64,000 nt of DNA, from positions 69,192,001 to 69,256,000 of the forward strand of contig OX597832.1 of NCBI GenBank assembly GCA_951406725.2, written 5' to 3'. A program made the position numbers and the translations under genes. Positions 12,252 to 24,916 of this stretch are shown piece after piece (position 1 is the first letter of the stretch; each line of letters begins with the position of its first letter). A model generated the notes under the pieces. The model was not told the DNA's origin and searched no databases. It was given only the letters and a program-made list of their open reading frames with translations. The stretch is from Octopus vulgaris (taxonomy: Eukaryota).

Positions 12252-13614
12252 TATAATTATAATAATAATAATACGGGAAGCCTCTGAGAGATCAAACAAC
12301 TTACAAGAAAAAGTATCCAATCTGCTTAGTCTTGAAAAAATAATGAAAGAAACATTGGGTAATAGAGTCATAGATAAACTTATCCTAAAATCAGAGGAAC
12401 AGACTGTATGGACATGGCTGGAGCAGCTTTGAATCACTGGTTAATCTGGAGCTAAAATATAGATCAATGATAACAGTTTCTAACATAACTAAGTGTAGGT
12501 CGATATAAGCTCACACCTTAAAGGGCTGTTACGAAATGTGATAAGGTATTATGTTCACAATAAAGTAAATTTCTGATCAAGAGTTGGTTTCTCTAGGAAA
12601 TGAGATGAATAGATAATGTGCATGAAAAACATTTACTTTGCAGGATAGACAAAATGTTGTTTGCTTTTTGACTGACAATTTCAATTACACTCAAGATACT
12701 GCCGGTTTCAAAGATTGGCTTGTTTGAAGAATAAAGGAAATCTAAAGAAAACCAAATTGATGAAAAGCATTCTTAACTTGGTACAAGATCGACAGGGAAT
12801 TCAACGGAATTAAAGATATTAAGAATATCCTTCATCATAATAATGAAAAAAAGAAAAAAATGAAATAGTGCAAAAATAATGGCAAAAATTCAAAGAATGT
12901 ATATTAACAAAGCCGCCAAGTTACCTTAAAACAACAAGTTTGTAATTGAATGCCAAAAGTGCGTCAAACAGTAGAAAAAGAAAAACGGAAGTGTCTTGGG
13001 TTTACTAGGAAGCTGGAAGGCAGCTGAAACTATTAGAAGTCCAAAAGAAGTCTAAATTGATATGCAGGAAGATAAAAGGTTGGAAGCACACGGGAGAAAA
13101 ATTTACCGTTTGTTGATGCAAATGCATTTGTTCAAAGAATGAAACTATAAAAGAGAATAATGTATACGTCTTTTATATTTTTTATTTTTATTCTTTTTTA
13201 TGAGTGTTGATTAAATAATAAAAATTTAAATGGAGTGTATAAAACGGCTACACACAAGTTGTTTCATATCGAAGAAACGGCATCGAAAACAAAACAAGCA
13301 AAAAAGAAAAGAAAAAGAAAGGTTGCATAAATTATGAGTAGTTCAATGTTTGTGTTAGCAAGTATTAGTTTGGATCCTGTTCAGATTAACTTAAACTTTG
13401 ATCTTTCTAGTACCAATAAAATAGATAGTGTGCTGGCATAAGAGATCAAACAAATTCCACAGCCATTGCAATAGTCTAGCCGTGTGTGCAAGTTACTTTC
13501 ACCAAACAGTTGATGTGTTATCTCCGAAACCATTGATCTACAGCAGCCACAGCCATAACAATGCAACATTAACATTAGAATCTGTATCCAAGATTAGTTT
13601 TGAAAATGTTAAAA

Positions 13615-13646
<32 letters not shown>

Positions 13647-14730
13647 GTGGAATGAGAGAGAATGCCAGAATCCCTATCAAATTGAAGTTTACTATACATG
13701 ATCAAATATAACCACTTATTTCTGACTTGTTCCTCAAAATCTAGTTTATTTAGGTAATTAATTTTAACTTTAATATTGAATATAAATTCAAACTTCATTT
13801 CATTTGTTTTTGTATAATTTCCATTGGGAAAACGAAAAGTTGCCCTATTGATCAGGTCATCTTATATATATGACTTTATACATCCTATTTATGACCTTAT
13901 ATGGAACATTATGTCTGCTATTTAACAGGTATTACATGTTGTGAAGTAGCAGAGTTGTTATAGCATGGCACCAAATTCCTGCCAAGGTCAATTCTAATGA
14001 GGTCAACCTTGCCTGTCAGCCTTCTGGGGGTTGACAAAATGAAGTACCAAACTAGAACGGTGAACTGTAGAAATCATGAGAGTATTAGACAGGATGCTAT
14101 TTTCATTCTAATACCATAGCCATTTGCATTCTTAGCTCAGTGCATTAGACTTCATTCATTGTCCATTTTAACACTACCAACTTCCAGTCACTCTGCTGCA
14201 TAAGATCAGACCATGCCTTAAGAGTAAGAATACATTTTTCTTCTCAACAATCAGTGAGGGTGACGAATACAGTTCTTACTACTGGCTAAACAATGAAAAG
14301 ATTTCCCTGCCAAATATAGCATAATTGGTGAACAAAAGAACTGAGGTGACTTCATCCACCATTAATATTTACTACAATTTACTGTATTAAACGCAAAACT
14401 CTTATTCCTCTCTCTGTCCCTAATGTTGCCTGATTCACTGAAAGAAGATTTAAGTCCTGCAGGTTGTACTGTGACCTCACTGGTGCTGGTGCCACACAAA
14501 AAGCATCTAGTACACACTGTAAAGTAATTGTTGACATTAGGAATGTTACCCAGCTGTACAAACCTTGCCAAAGCAGACCCTGGAGCACAGAGTAGTCTTG
14601 AGACTCAGCAGATCCTATTCTTGTTCCAGCATGGAACAAGAACATTAAATGATAATCACAGCTAAAGCAGTAGAACAACAAAAATATTTGATCAAAGCCT
14701 ACAGTAGGTTTTTTTCTTCTTTTTTAGTGG

Positions 14731-15229
14731 AATTCTGATTTAAGCACTCCATGTAACCCCTCATAACTTCTTTATTTTTGAGAATTATCAGAAAATGTTT
14801 GTGAATTTGTGATTAAAAACAAAAAATAAACATATTCTTTTGTATGCGATTTAAAGGCGATTTAGCTGTCGCTTTTAGCACATCTTATGAGCTTTCTCAT
14901 CATCGACATGTATTTCTTTGTCACTGACATGTATTGATGCTTTTCAATATTTTTCTCCCTATAAATACATTTAATGGAATGATGATGAACCCAAGAGTGG
15001 TCCATTGCTGGATTTAAGCAAAGAATTCAGACTGTCCATATTTTAAACTCAAAAAGAATTCAGAATAGCATGTAACTTATAGAATTTATGTGGGTGGGAG
15101 GTTAAAAACACAATTCTTTTTCTGTACTTGTATGAAATCGCATGTGTAGTACACAAATTTGTAAAAGTTTTATGACAATTGCAAAAATTAAAGCTACGAA
15201 GGGTTATATGGGGTGCATCAATCAGAATT
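14731..15229. mobile_element. Old MITE-like element with ~80-bp degenerate terminal inverted repeats
   Basis: 14731-14811 (aattctgatt..gcactccatgtaacccctcataac..aatttgtg) aligns with the reverse complement of 15152-15229. Confidence 0.6.
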
Positions 15230-17058
15230 TTTTTCTCCCTTTAGAGTCTATGACACAAACACCTGAAATATAATATGCTCTCTTCAACAAGATACGCATC
15301 TCTTATAAAATAAACTGGTTTTGAGCTTATTTCAAAAATATTCAGTGAAAAATGTCTATGGTTGAAACAGTAGAGCCTTTAATTAAAACATATCCAACAT
15401 TCATATTTCATTTCACATTTCCTTGGGTCTGAATTGAAATCTTGCCACTTTTCAGGGTTATTCAAATAAATGTCAGAAATATATTGGTTTTCATTCAAGC
15501 GCTTGTATCCTCATACCTTCATTATAATCAACTGATTTTGTGACATGTCAAAAGAATTATTTCTTGAGGAAGCAGTTATATTTTGTTGATGCAAATCCAA
15601 TTAAGATCCATCATTTTAATGTCACTCTTGCCATGCTTGCTTGAGCCAGACAGATTGTGTTGAAACAAATTTTCTATAGCCAGATGCCTTTTCTGACACT
15701 GACCCTCATTTGTCTCCAAGTAAGATGATATTTTCCCCATGGTTGCACATGATTTGAAACAAACAATACTAACCTGTATGGCAATATTGCTCATTTGCAA
15801 GTATCACATGATGTCAAGATAAGGAAACACTAGCATGCAAATGCAATGGGCTTCATTTTAGATTCCATCAATCAAATCCACTCACAAGTCTATATGAAAG
15901 AAAATTTTAATCTGTATATTGACACTCTTTGATACCTAAACCCTTGAAGCTGATGCACCAAATCTCTTTCTTTACTTACTAATTATCAGCTAATATTTCA
16001 ATTAACATAGAAAGCTTTTATCATTAAAGAATTGCTTTTCTTGTTTCACCTGTTTATTTACATTCAGCTTTACCTTTTTTTACCTGTCTACATTTTAGCA
16101 ATAAGCTTCTATCACTTTTCTGTTTTCATGAGATATCGCTCTACAAAACCTCATTCCTTATGCTTTCTCAATATCTTCCCTAATAATAATGATAAACTAT
16201 TCACTATGGCAATTCAAAGCTTTGTTTACAGTTTCTCGCTTATCATAGGTTTGCCATTATGCAGCCTTCTTGCTATCTGCTCTCTCCCTCTCTCTCTCTC
16301 TCTCTCTCCCTCTCTCTCTCACATATTTAGCCCTACCCACATTTCTCTTTTACTCTTTTACACATTTCAGGTATTTGGCTGTGGTCATGCTGGAGCACAA
16401 CCTTGAATGGTTTAACTAAACAAATTAGCTCCAGTATCTATTTTTAAGTCTGGTGCTTTTTCTATTGGTATCTTTTGCTGAATCACTTAGTTACAGGGAC
16501 ATAAACCAACCAACCCATGTTGTTAAGCAGAGTGAGGTTAGGACTTCGGAACACACACACACACACACACACACAAGCTGATCTCATAGGAAACAAACTT
16601 CATAAACACACACAGCTATACCTGGGTCCATAATCACAGAAAACAATAACACTTAAAGAGAACAAAACAGGAAAAATTAAATTTCTTTAGTATTCTATAT
16701 ATTTACTCTCTCACTGACAGATTCCCATTCTTGTTTGTGCATTTATCCATTGCTATCTATCCATCTGTCTAGCTATAAATTTCTGAAACGATTTTGTATT
16801 TGAATTTGTGGGTACGACTTTCTCCCCGTCAATACAGAAAATTCACATGCACACACACACACTATGTATGTGTGTATATGTGTAAAATATTTTTATACAC
16901 AGAGGAGATGCTGGACAGGACTCCTCTTTGCGTATTTATGCATACTAACCACTAGTAATAAATTATTTCAATCTATTACCCTCATATTTACGATAGTAAT
17001 ATTTATATATATATGTATACATATTTATATATATGTATACATATTTATATATATGTAT

Positions 17059-17104
<46 letters not shown>

Positions 17105-17106
<2 letters not shown>

Positions 17107-17595
17107 TGAAATGGATAAATGAATTATCTTGTTACGGATTATTCAAAATTTAACCGATACCTGGGTAGCAAAAATCACAACAGAAAAAACACGGTTGAAG
17201 TGACGACCATGGGGTGTCGCAACCGTGCCTTAGCGCGGATAATTGAAGTTTAATATATTTAGTGAAGGGAAGAAATGGAGCTGAACGAAGATTCTACAGA
17301 ATTCCTTTTATTATTTTCTACACATGTTTCAAAGGCCGCAAATTTCCAAATTCGGATTGAATAAGGAGACCATTTTGCAGCTTTCTCTTCAGGAAAATCC
17401 AGGAATTTAAATCTCCAAACAAATGCGCAGCAAGCAATTCGAACAAAACGCTCCTTAGGAGCCCATGGAATGGCACAAACTGTCTCTCAATGTGCGTTGA
17501 CGTCAGGGGGGTGGAGGCCGACGAAAAAGTCCGTTGGAATAAATCGAGGTCAAACTGCGGTCAAACCTTCGTTCAGCTCCATTTCTTCCCTTCAC

Positions 17596-17604
<9 letters not shown>
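17105..17604 (-). mobile_element. Hammerhead-bearing element with short inverted duplication (Penelope pLTR-like)
   Basis: Perfect 38-bp inverted repeat 17253-17290 / 17567-17604. CpG-retaining and flanked by (TA)n on both sides. Confidence 0.7.
17313..17398 (-). ncRNA. Putative type-I hammerhead ribozyme, intact core
   Basis: Minus strand: attttc-CTGAAGA-gaaagctgcaaa...tttgcggccttt-GAAAC-atgt-GTA-gaaaat. Stem I has 6 bp and stem II pairs gctgcaaa/tttgcggc. Confidence 0.7.
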
Positions 17605-17651
<47 letters not shown>

Positions 17652-17654
<3 letters not shown>

Positions 17655-19280
17655 TTGCGGCCAAAATGTTCAGAACGGCATTATTTTCGTCAGAAAAGTA
17701 GATATAATTTTTTATCAAAGTTGTTTTATGTTCTATAATTTTCACAGATAATAAATACGATATTATTTGTTGTTGCCTGAGATTTTGGTGTAATTTGAGA
17801 GGATAATACAAAAGTTATGGATGATTTAATGATTTACTGCAAAACCCATGGCAGGCCGAAATGATCAGAACGGCTGCTTTTACTCCGTGTTTTAGTATAT
17901 TTAACTGGCGAATTCTAATGTTTTGAATTTGTTTAGGTGACGGTTCGTTTACTAAACATTACTAAGAATATTTGCAGTGTACTTTGTTAATATAATGCCA
18001 CTTACTCCATTACCAATTCGTCAGCAGATTATTAAGCTTCGAAGGAAGGATAATTTAAGTATTGGATCTATCGCAAAGATTGTTAACAAGTCAAAAAGTG
18101 TTGTACACAGTATTCTTAAGGTCTACGATGATTGTGGTTCGTGTGAAGCAAGAAAGATTACAGGTAGGCCAAGAAAAACGACCAAGAGAGAAGATCGTGC
18201 TATGGTAAAGTTGGTTAAAAAGGACAGATTTAAAACTGCTGCTGCTGTTTCTCAGAAAATGAGCATTGTATTGAAGAAAACTTTATCTCGAAAACCTGTG
18301 TCTCGTCGTTTAGTTGAACATGACCTACAAGCAAGAGCACCTGCAGTGAAGCCACTGATCAGCTCCAAGAATAAAAAGTGTTGTCTTACCTTTGCAACCG
18401 AACATGTGTTGTGGTCTCAAGAAAAATGGCAAATGGTACATTTCAGTGATGAATCTAAGTTTATGTTATTTGGCTCAGATGGGAAAAGGTACGTTCGTAG
18501 AAAAGTAGGTGAAAAATTGTCATCTAAATGCCTTAAAACTAGTGTTAAATTCGGTAGAGGAAGTGTCATGGTTTAGGGGATGATATCTGGAGATGGTGTG
18601 GGCCCTTTGGTGTGATTACATGGAAAGGTAAATGCAGGAGTTTATAAACAACTTGTAAAAGATCATGTCTTGCCTGTGCTGAGAAATTCAACTAAGCGAC
18701 CACCATATTCATGCAGGACAATGCCCCATGTCACAAGGCTAAGGTGGTCATGAACTTCCTCAAGGCTGAAAAGGTTATTGTTATGGATTGGCCTGCTCAA
18801 AGCCCAGATCTCAATCCTATTGAAAATGTATGGAATATTCTAGGAGAACATTCGAAAGCCAGAAATCCTAAAACAACTGAGCAATTATGGAATGCCCTTC
18901 AGGAAGAATGGAATAAGATCACCCAGCAAGAAATGGAAAATTTAATTTCCTCATGCAGTCAAAGATGTCAGAGTGTGATTGAAGCTAAAGGGCTTTACAC
19001 TAAATATTAAATAATTCCTGTATTCTCTGTCATTTTTGATTATTTTGTTATTTTTTCAACCGTTCTGATCATTTTGGCCGCCATGGGTTTTGCAGTAAAT
19101 TACTAAATCATCCATAACTTTTGTATTATCCTCTCAAATTGCACCAAAATCTCAGACAATAACAATTAATATTGTATTTATTGTCTGTAAAAATTATAGA
19201 ATATAAAACAACTTTGATAGAAACTTATACCTACTTTTCTGACGAAAACAATGTCGTTCTGAACATTTTGGCCGCAACTG
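17652..19280 (+). mobile_element. Full-length Tc1 (DD34E) DNA transposon, IR/DR type
   Basis: ~220-bp TIRs at 17652-17873 and 19060-19280, starting CAGTTG, with TA flanks. Each TIR carries inner and outer direct repeats (ggcc.aaatg.tcagaacg). Confidence 0.95.
17995..19010 (+). pseudogene. Tc1 transposase, inactivated
   Basis: HTH region, GRPRKT, FSDESKF, QDNAPCH and SPDLNPIE, with 34 residues between the second D and E. In-frame stops at 18574 and 18613 and a frameshift near 18705. Confidence 0.93.
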
Positions 19281-19318
19281 TATATATATATATGTGTGTG
19301 TGTGTATATGTCTATATA

Positions 19319-19361
<43 letters not shown>

Positions 19362-19366
19362 GTATG

Positions 19367-19440
<74 letters not shown>

Positions 19441-19444
<4 letters not shown>

Positions 19445-19724
19445 TCATCGTTTAACGTCCGTTTTCCATGCTAGCATGGGTTGGATGGTTCGACCAGGGT
19501 CTGGGAAGCCAGGAGACTGCACCAGGCTCCAGTCTGATCTGGCAGTGTTTCTACAGCTGGATGCCCTTCCTAACGCCAACCACTCCATGAGTGTAGTGGG
19601 TGCTTTTTACGTGTCACAGGCACAGGTGCCTGGTGAGGCTGGCAACAGCCACGATCGGTTGGTGCTTTTTACGTCCCACCGGCACAGGTATCCCAACTAC
19701 AATTTCCATTTGATTTTTTGATGT

Positions 19725-19725
<1 letters not shown>
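19441..19725 (-). mobile_element. SINE-like family D
   Basis: Colinear with 63622-64000 and 26705-27010. Confidence 0.8.
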
Positions 19726-19760
<35 letters not shown>

Positions 19761-20262
19761 AGTGATAATAATCCTCGATGGAATTTATGAACATTTAATG
19801 CATTGCTACATGTGTTTCCACAAGTCACATGTCTTTTAAGATCCCAGATTTTATTCCTGGGATGCTTACAGTGTAGTCTGTAGTAAGTGTAGGCATCAGG
19901 GGTTGATCATCTTTGTGGATTCATTTCTTCAGGCAATATAACATTAATGGATGTTTAGCAGAGGGAATGTTTATCCCTCTTGACCAGTATGAAGGATGAC
20001 GGAGTTATGATTGACATAACTCAGGTTGACATAACTCAGTCAACCTTCATACTGGTCAAGAGGGATAAACACTGCCTCTGCTAAACATTATTGCCTGAAG
20101 AAATGTATCCATGAAGATGATCAACCTGATGCCACAGACACTATGGACTACACTGTAAGCATCCCAGGAATACGGACTGTAATCATAAGAGACGTGACTT
20201 GTGGAAACGTGTGTAGCAATGCATTAAATGTTTATAAATTCCATCCAAGGATTATTGTTATT
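19761..20262. mobile_element. ~500-bp imperfect palindrome with a hammerhead-like core in each arm
   Basis: Arms are reverse complements about a centre at ~20010-20030. Right arm: attgc-CTGAAGA-102 nt-GAAAC-gtgt-GTA-gcaat (20090-20220). The left arm has the same motif on the minus strand (19802-19937). Confidence 0.7.
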
Positions 20263-20407
20263 GTTATTATATTTATCCTACCTTATATTGATACAGCTCA
20301 ATTCAATGCCAAAAATCTGGTTCACCAGTCAGCATCATTAGACTGTGGCCAGCATATTGGAATAGGAGCTTTATTTGCATATTTAAAACATTTCCTGTAA
20401 ACAATTA

Positions 20408-20466
<59 letters not shown>

Positions 20467-20625
20467 CAAAAATGGATAGGTTTAGTACAATCGTTTCATA
20501 CAAGGACAGGTTTTATTAAAGTTGCAAATTACAGCATATAAACATCGTCCGTCACGTTTATATGCTGATTTGTAATAACCTGTCCTGAAGTGTATATTCT
20601 GCTTATTCTCCTTATAATCACCCAC

Positions 20626-20662
<37 letters not shown>

Positions 20663-20749
20663 TTATCTATATATATATATATATATAAGAAGTGCTGATC
20701 TCTAACCATGGAGGGAACCTATAGAAGAGATAAATCGGAAAAGACATAG

Positions 20750-21435
20750 GACAAGATAGTGAAGCATGATCTTTGAACGTTGGGCCTCACAGAGGCAATG
20801 ACTAGTGACCAAGACCATTGGCAATATCAAGCTAAGTGAAATTGTAGTCATGGCCGATGCCAATGTCATGTAGCTAGCAGCCATGCCAGTGACACGTAAA
20901 AAGCACCTTTAGTGTATTTGGGCATCATGAAGGCAATGTGACCAATACCAGTGTCACATATCTAACACCCATGCTGGTGGCATGTAAAAAACACCTTTTG
21001 AGTATTGGACCTCATGGAGGCAACTGGCACATAAAATGCACTTGTTGAACATTGAGTCTCACAGAGGCAATGTGGCTGATGCTAGTGGCATGTAACTGGC
21101 ATCTATGCCAGTGGCACATAAAAAGAACTTTTTGAGCGCTGGGCCTCACAAAGGGGTAGCAAATGACTGAGACCTTTGGCAATATGCTGTGCTTGAGAAG
21201 AAGACCCATGAAGCCAAGGGAAATTGTAGTTATGGCAGATACTGGTGTCACATAACTGGCACTCGTACCAGTGGCACATAAAAGTACCCACTACACTTTC
21301 GGAGCAGTTGACATTAGGAAGGGCATTCAGCCATGGAAACCATGCCAAATCAGACTGGAGTCTGGTGCAGCCCTTCAGTTTGCCATCTCCGTTCAAGAAG
21401 CATGGACAACGGACATTAAAAGATGATGATGATAC
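20750..21435 (+). mobile_element. Long family D element with internal tandem subunits
   Basis: Repeated gtggcacataaaa..acc / gggcctca subunits, followed by the family D 3' end and (GAT)n. Confidence 0.65.
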
Positions 21436-22690
21436 ATAAATATATATGAAACGCATGATAGAGAGACCATTGTGGATCTGCATCCAAATATCCCAATATA
21501 AAATGAACACCCACTACAGGGGCGGCAATCAGCCACAATGGCAAATCATGTGTAAGGAACAAAAGGTATTAACTGCATTTTGTGTTCAGCATACATCTTC
21601 ATACATCAATTATATGCAAAAGGGGTTTGTGTGTATTCCTATGCCTCCCCTCCCACCCTCCTCATGCATGTATTCATCTTACTGAAGCTGGATGGTTGAG
21701 TTGCAAGGCTTGCAGTCGAAGAAGAGAAGTCTACTAACATGATGGAGCCCATAACTAGCAGCAATGTCAATCATTACTAACCCCTTGTCTCCAATATTCC
21801 TCTTATTTAATGCACTCTATTACCTCGTATACTTCAAATCACTGTGGATTTCTGTTTTATTTATATCCATTTTTAATTCTTCATCAGTTTTCTTTTTCTT
21901 TTTTCAATAGTACAATCAAAGCCTTTTACGGAAGTCTCTTATTATGAATCTATTTTATTGATATTATCAAAGTCAATTTACTAAGCTGGAGATTGAAAGA
22001 AGTGTAAGTATGCTGTTAAATCTGTAGCTCTGCCAGAATCTATTATGTTGAGATTTGAAATTTCAAAGTGTTCAAAGAATGCCTGCTACTGCCGTATTGA
22101 ATGGAATTCTTGTCTCCAGAAACACATAACCTTCAATGCAAATGAATGCATTTCTGTTTGCTTTCTTTTTTAGATTTGGTCCCTACCAACACTTATCAGT
22201 TTTTCTCCAAAAATTAATCAATGGCTTTTTTGTTTTTTTCATTTTCATGTTTTATTGTCCTTCTAAGATAAATGGTCCCTGAGTAAAGATTTAAACAATA
22301 AATTTAAAGAGAAATGATCCACTACTTCAGGTTTTCAGATTGTTTTTGTATCCACAAATAAACACCTTTTGATAAAAAAAATACTTGAGTGTGAGCATTG
22401 ATCTGTTCTGAAGACTTTCTCTTGGTGAGTCTTGAGCATTGATTTAAAGAACAAATATAGAAAGAAATGATCCACTATTCCTGGTTTTATGAATGTGTTT
22501 GTATCCTTCAATAAATTATATATATTTTTTCATTTAATAAGATAAACCTAATTGTGTTTAGGGAATGCTCCATGGTGAAGAAGTTCTCTCAGTTAGATGC
22601 TACATGGGTTGGGGATCGATCCATCAGCATGGAAATTTAAGAAAATCTCATTTAATATAATTTCTAATTAATCGATGCCTTACAGGTGAA

Positions 22691-22728
<38 letters not shown>

Positions 22729-22989
22729 ATAATGAAAAGTGACCATAAGAGATAAGAGAAGCAATTCTTTCTACTATAAAAGCAAGGTCAGCAATTTTAA
22801 GGATCTGGGGGATGTGGTGTGAATAAGTTGATTATGTCAACTCCAGTACTTGACCTGTACTTTATTTCATTGACCTCAGGTGGATGAATTGCAAAGCTGA
22901 CCTTGACAAGATCTGAACTCAGAACATAAAGCATTGGAAGAAATGCTGCTAACCATAGTCAATTTCTGCAAGTTCAGCACCTTGATGAA

Positions 22990-23029
<40 letters not shown>

Positions 23030-23982
23030 GTGATGTGGAGGAGGAGGATGGTGATTATCATGATGATGATGATGATGATGATTTCTAATTTATGTAAAGG
23101 AGAGCAATTTTGATGAGAAAGGACTTTAGTCAATTACATCAACCGCGGTACTTGATTGGTACTTTGACTTCAAAAAGATGAAAGGCAAAGTTGACCCCGA
23201 TAGGATTTGAACTCAGAATGCATAGAACCAGAACGAGTATCACAAGGCATTTTTATTCTATGCTCCAAAAATCCAGCCAATTGACTTCCTTACATTTATG
23301 ACCCCTAAAATATTTTCTAACCTCCATCGTGTAATTAAATATTTCTGCTTCACTAAACTAAAGATTGGCAAAGAAACCAATAACTGAACTGTATCATACT
23401 ATAATCCTATTAACCACTAATAATACCATCGGCAAAGATGCTGGCATTGGTGTCCAAGTTGGCATCATCATCATCATCATCATCATAATAATTAACATAT
23501 TCATATTTATCTTCATCACCTTCATGAACAAACACCATAATTGTTATCGCATTCATCAAAACTATCATTACCACCACCACCACCACCGCCATCATCTTAA
23601 TTACTACTATTATCACCAACATATTTACCTTGGCACAAAGCCAGTAATTTTGAGTCGAGGGGTCAATTGATATCATCAACTCCACTACTTGGCCGATGCT
23701 TTATTTCATTGACCTTGAAAGGATGGAGAGCAGGATTTGAACTCAGATTGTAAAGAGTTAGAAGAAAAAGTGCAAATCAGCTTTTCTGATGTTCTAATGA
23801 CTTTGTCAGCACCCCAGGCTGAAGAATATGAGAGTTGAGACATGAACTGTCAACTGGCAGAAACGTGGTAACTTGCATTCTGCATGAAACTTAAGAAAGA
23901 CTTTTGAGATTTGAGGAGAACTATTGCCACCGAATCTGAGGATAAACTCCCCACTAATTAAATTAGCACGTAATAGCATTGA

Positions 23983-24042
<60 letters not shown>

Positions 24043-24045
<3 letters not shown>

Positions 24046-24400
24046 GTTGAGAAAGAAAGCAAACTATGCTGGATCAAAGATATAGTATGCTCAGCTGACA
24101 ACAAGGTATGCAATAAGGAAGTAAGAAAAGTTGATAGATATGACAGGTTAGCTTGGAAGGTTAAGCAGTTGTCTCTGAAAAAGGTGTTAGTAGTACCAGT
24201 AATTGTCGGAGCCTTGGTAACAGTGAGTAAAAATCTTGATAAGTACATGGAACAAATAGGGGCTGCATTAAGGGTGGAAAACTTGAAGAAAACAGCACTG
24301 CTTGGAAGCGCTTAAATACTCCAGGAGGTGCGCAAAAAATAAGAGGTGTTACCTTAGTTCACTGGCAGTGAACAGCTGACACTGTAGTACAATGGCAATA
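24043..24400 (+). mobile_element. R4/Dong-like non-LTR retrotransposon 3' fragment (RLE domain) in (TAA)n
   Basis: Hand translation EKESKLCWIKDIVCSADNKV..KVDRYDRLA..VVPVIVGAL..LKKTALLGSA matches the PD-(D/E)xK endonuclease C-terminus. (TAA)n lies on both sides. Confidence 0.8.
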
Positions 24401-24410
24401 ATAATAATAA

Positions 24411-24818
24411 TTCTGCTCACTATCATAGATTTACTTGTCAGTTGTTTGACCTTAACCAGTTGATCATGTCACTTAGTGGCTGACGATATGTGCATCTCTG
24501 ATCATAAGCAGAAGTGTTGAGAGGAATTATTTGGGGTTTAGATAATTCACCTTTGGAAACATGGGTGCTTTATTCAACAACCTTGAACAACCCTTATTCA
24601 GGGATCTTTTGAGCAGGATGGGTTACTCGACCGGAAGAAAATTCTAATTAGGCCCCACCTGCAAGGTCATGCACGGTTTATCTTGCTATGAGATCAGCAT
24701 GTCATGCACATTAGGTTGTGATGCATGTGTCTGGTGTATCCTTATCATGATGGGTATACTGGGCTTCATACATTTTACCCCAGTATCACTTTGATGGCAT
24801 ACACTGCTCTATCACTCA
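24411..24818 (+). mobile_element. Non-autonomous (TAA)n-associated element, 5'-truncated copy
   Basis: Reverse complement of most of 61093-61650. Confidence 0.8.
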
Positions 24819-24820
24819 AT

Positions 24821-24852
<32 letters not shown>

Positions 24853-24866
24853 CCATCATCATCATT

Positions 24867-24916
<50 letters not shown>

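Noticed and set aside
20750-21300. Regularly recurring short motifs as a CRISPR-like array
   Set aside because: Eukaryotic context, degenerate repeats and mutually related spacers. These are internal subunits of family D.
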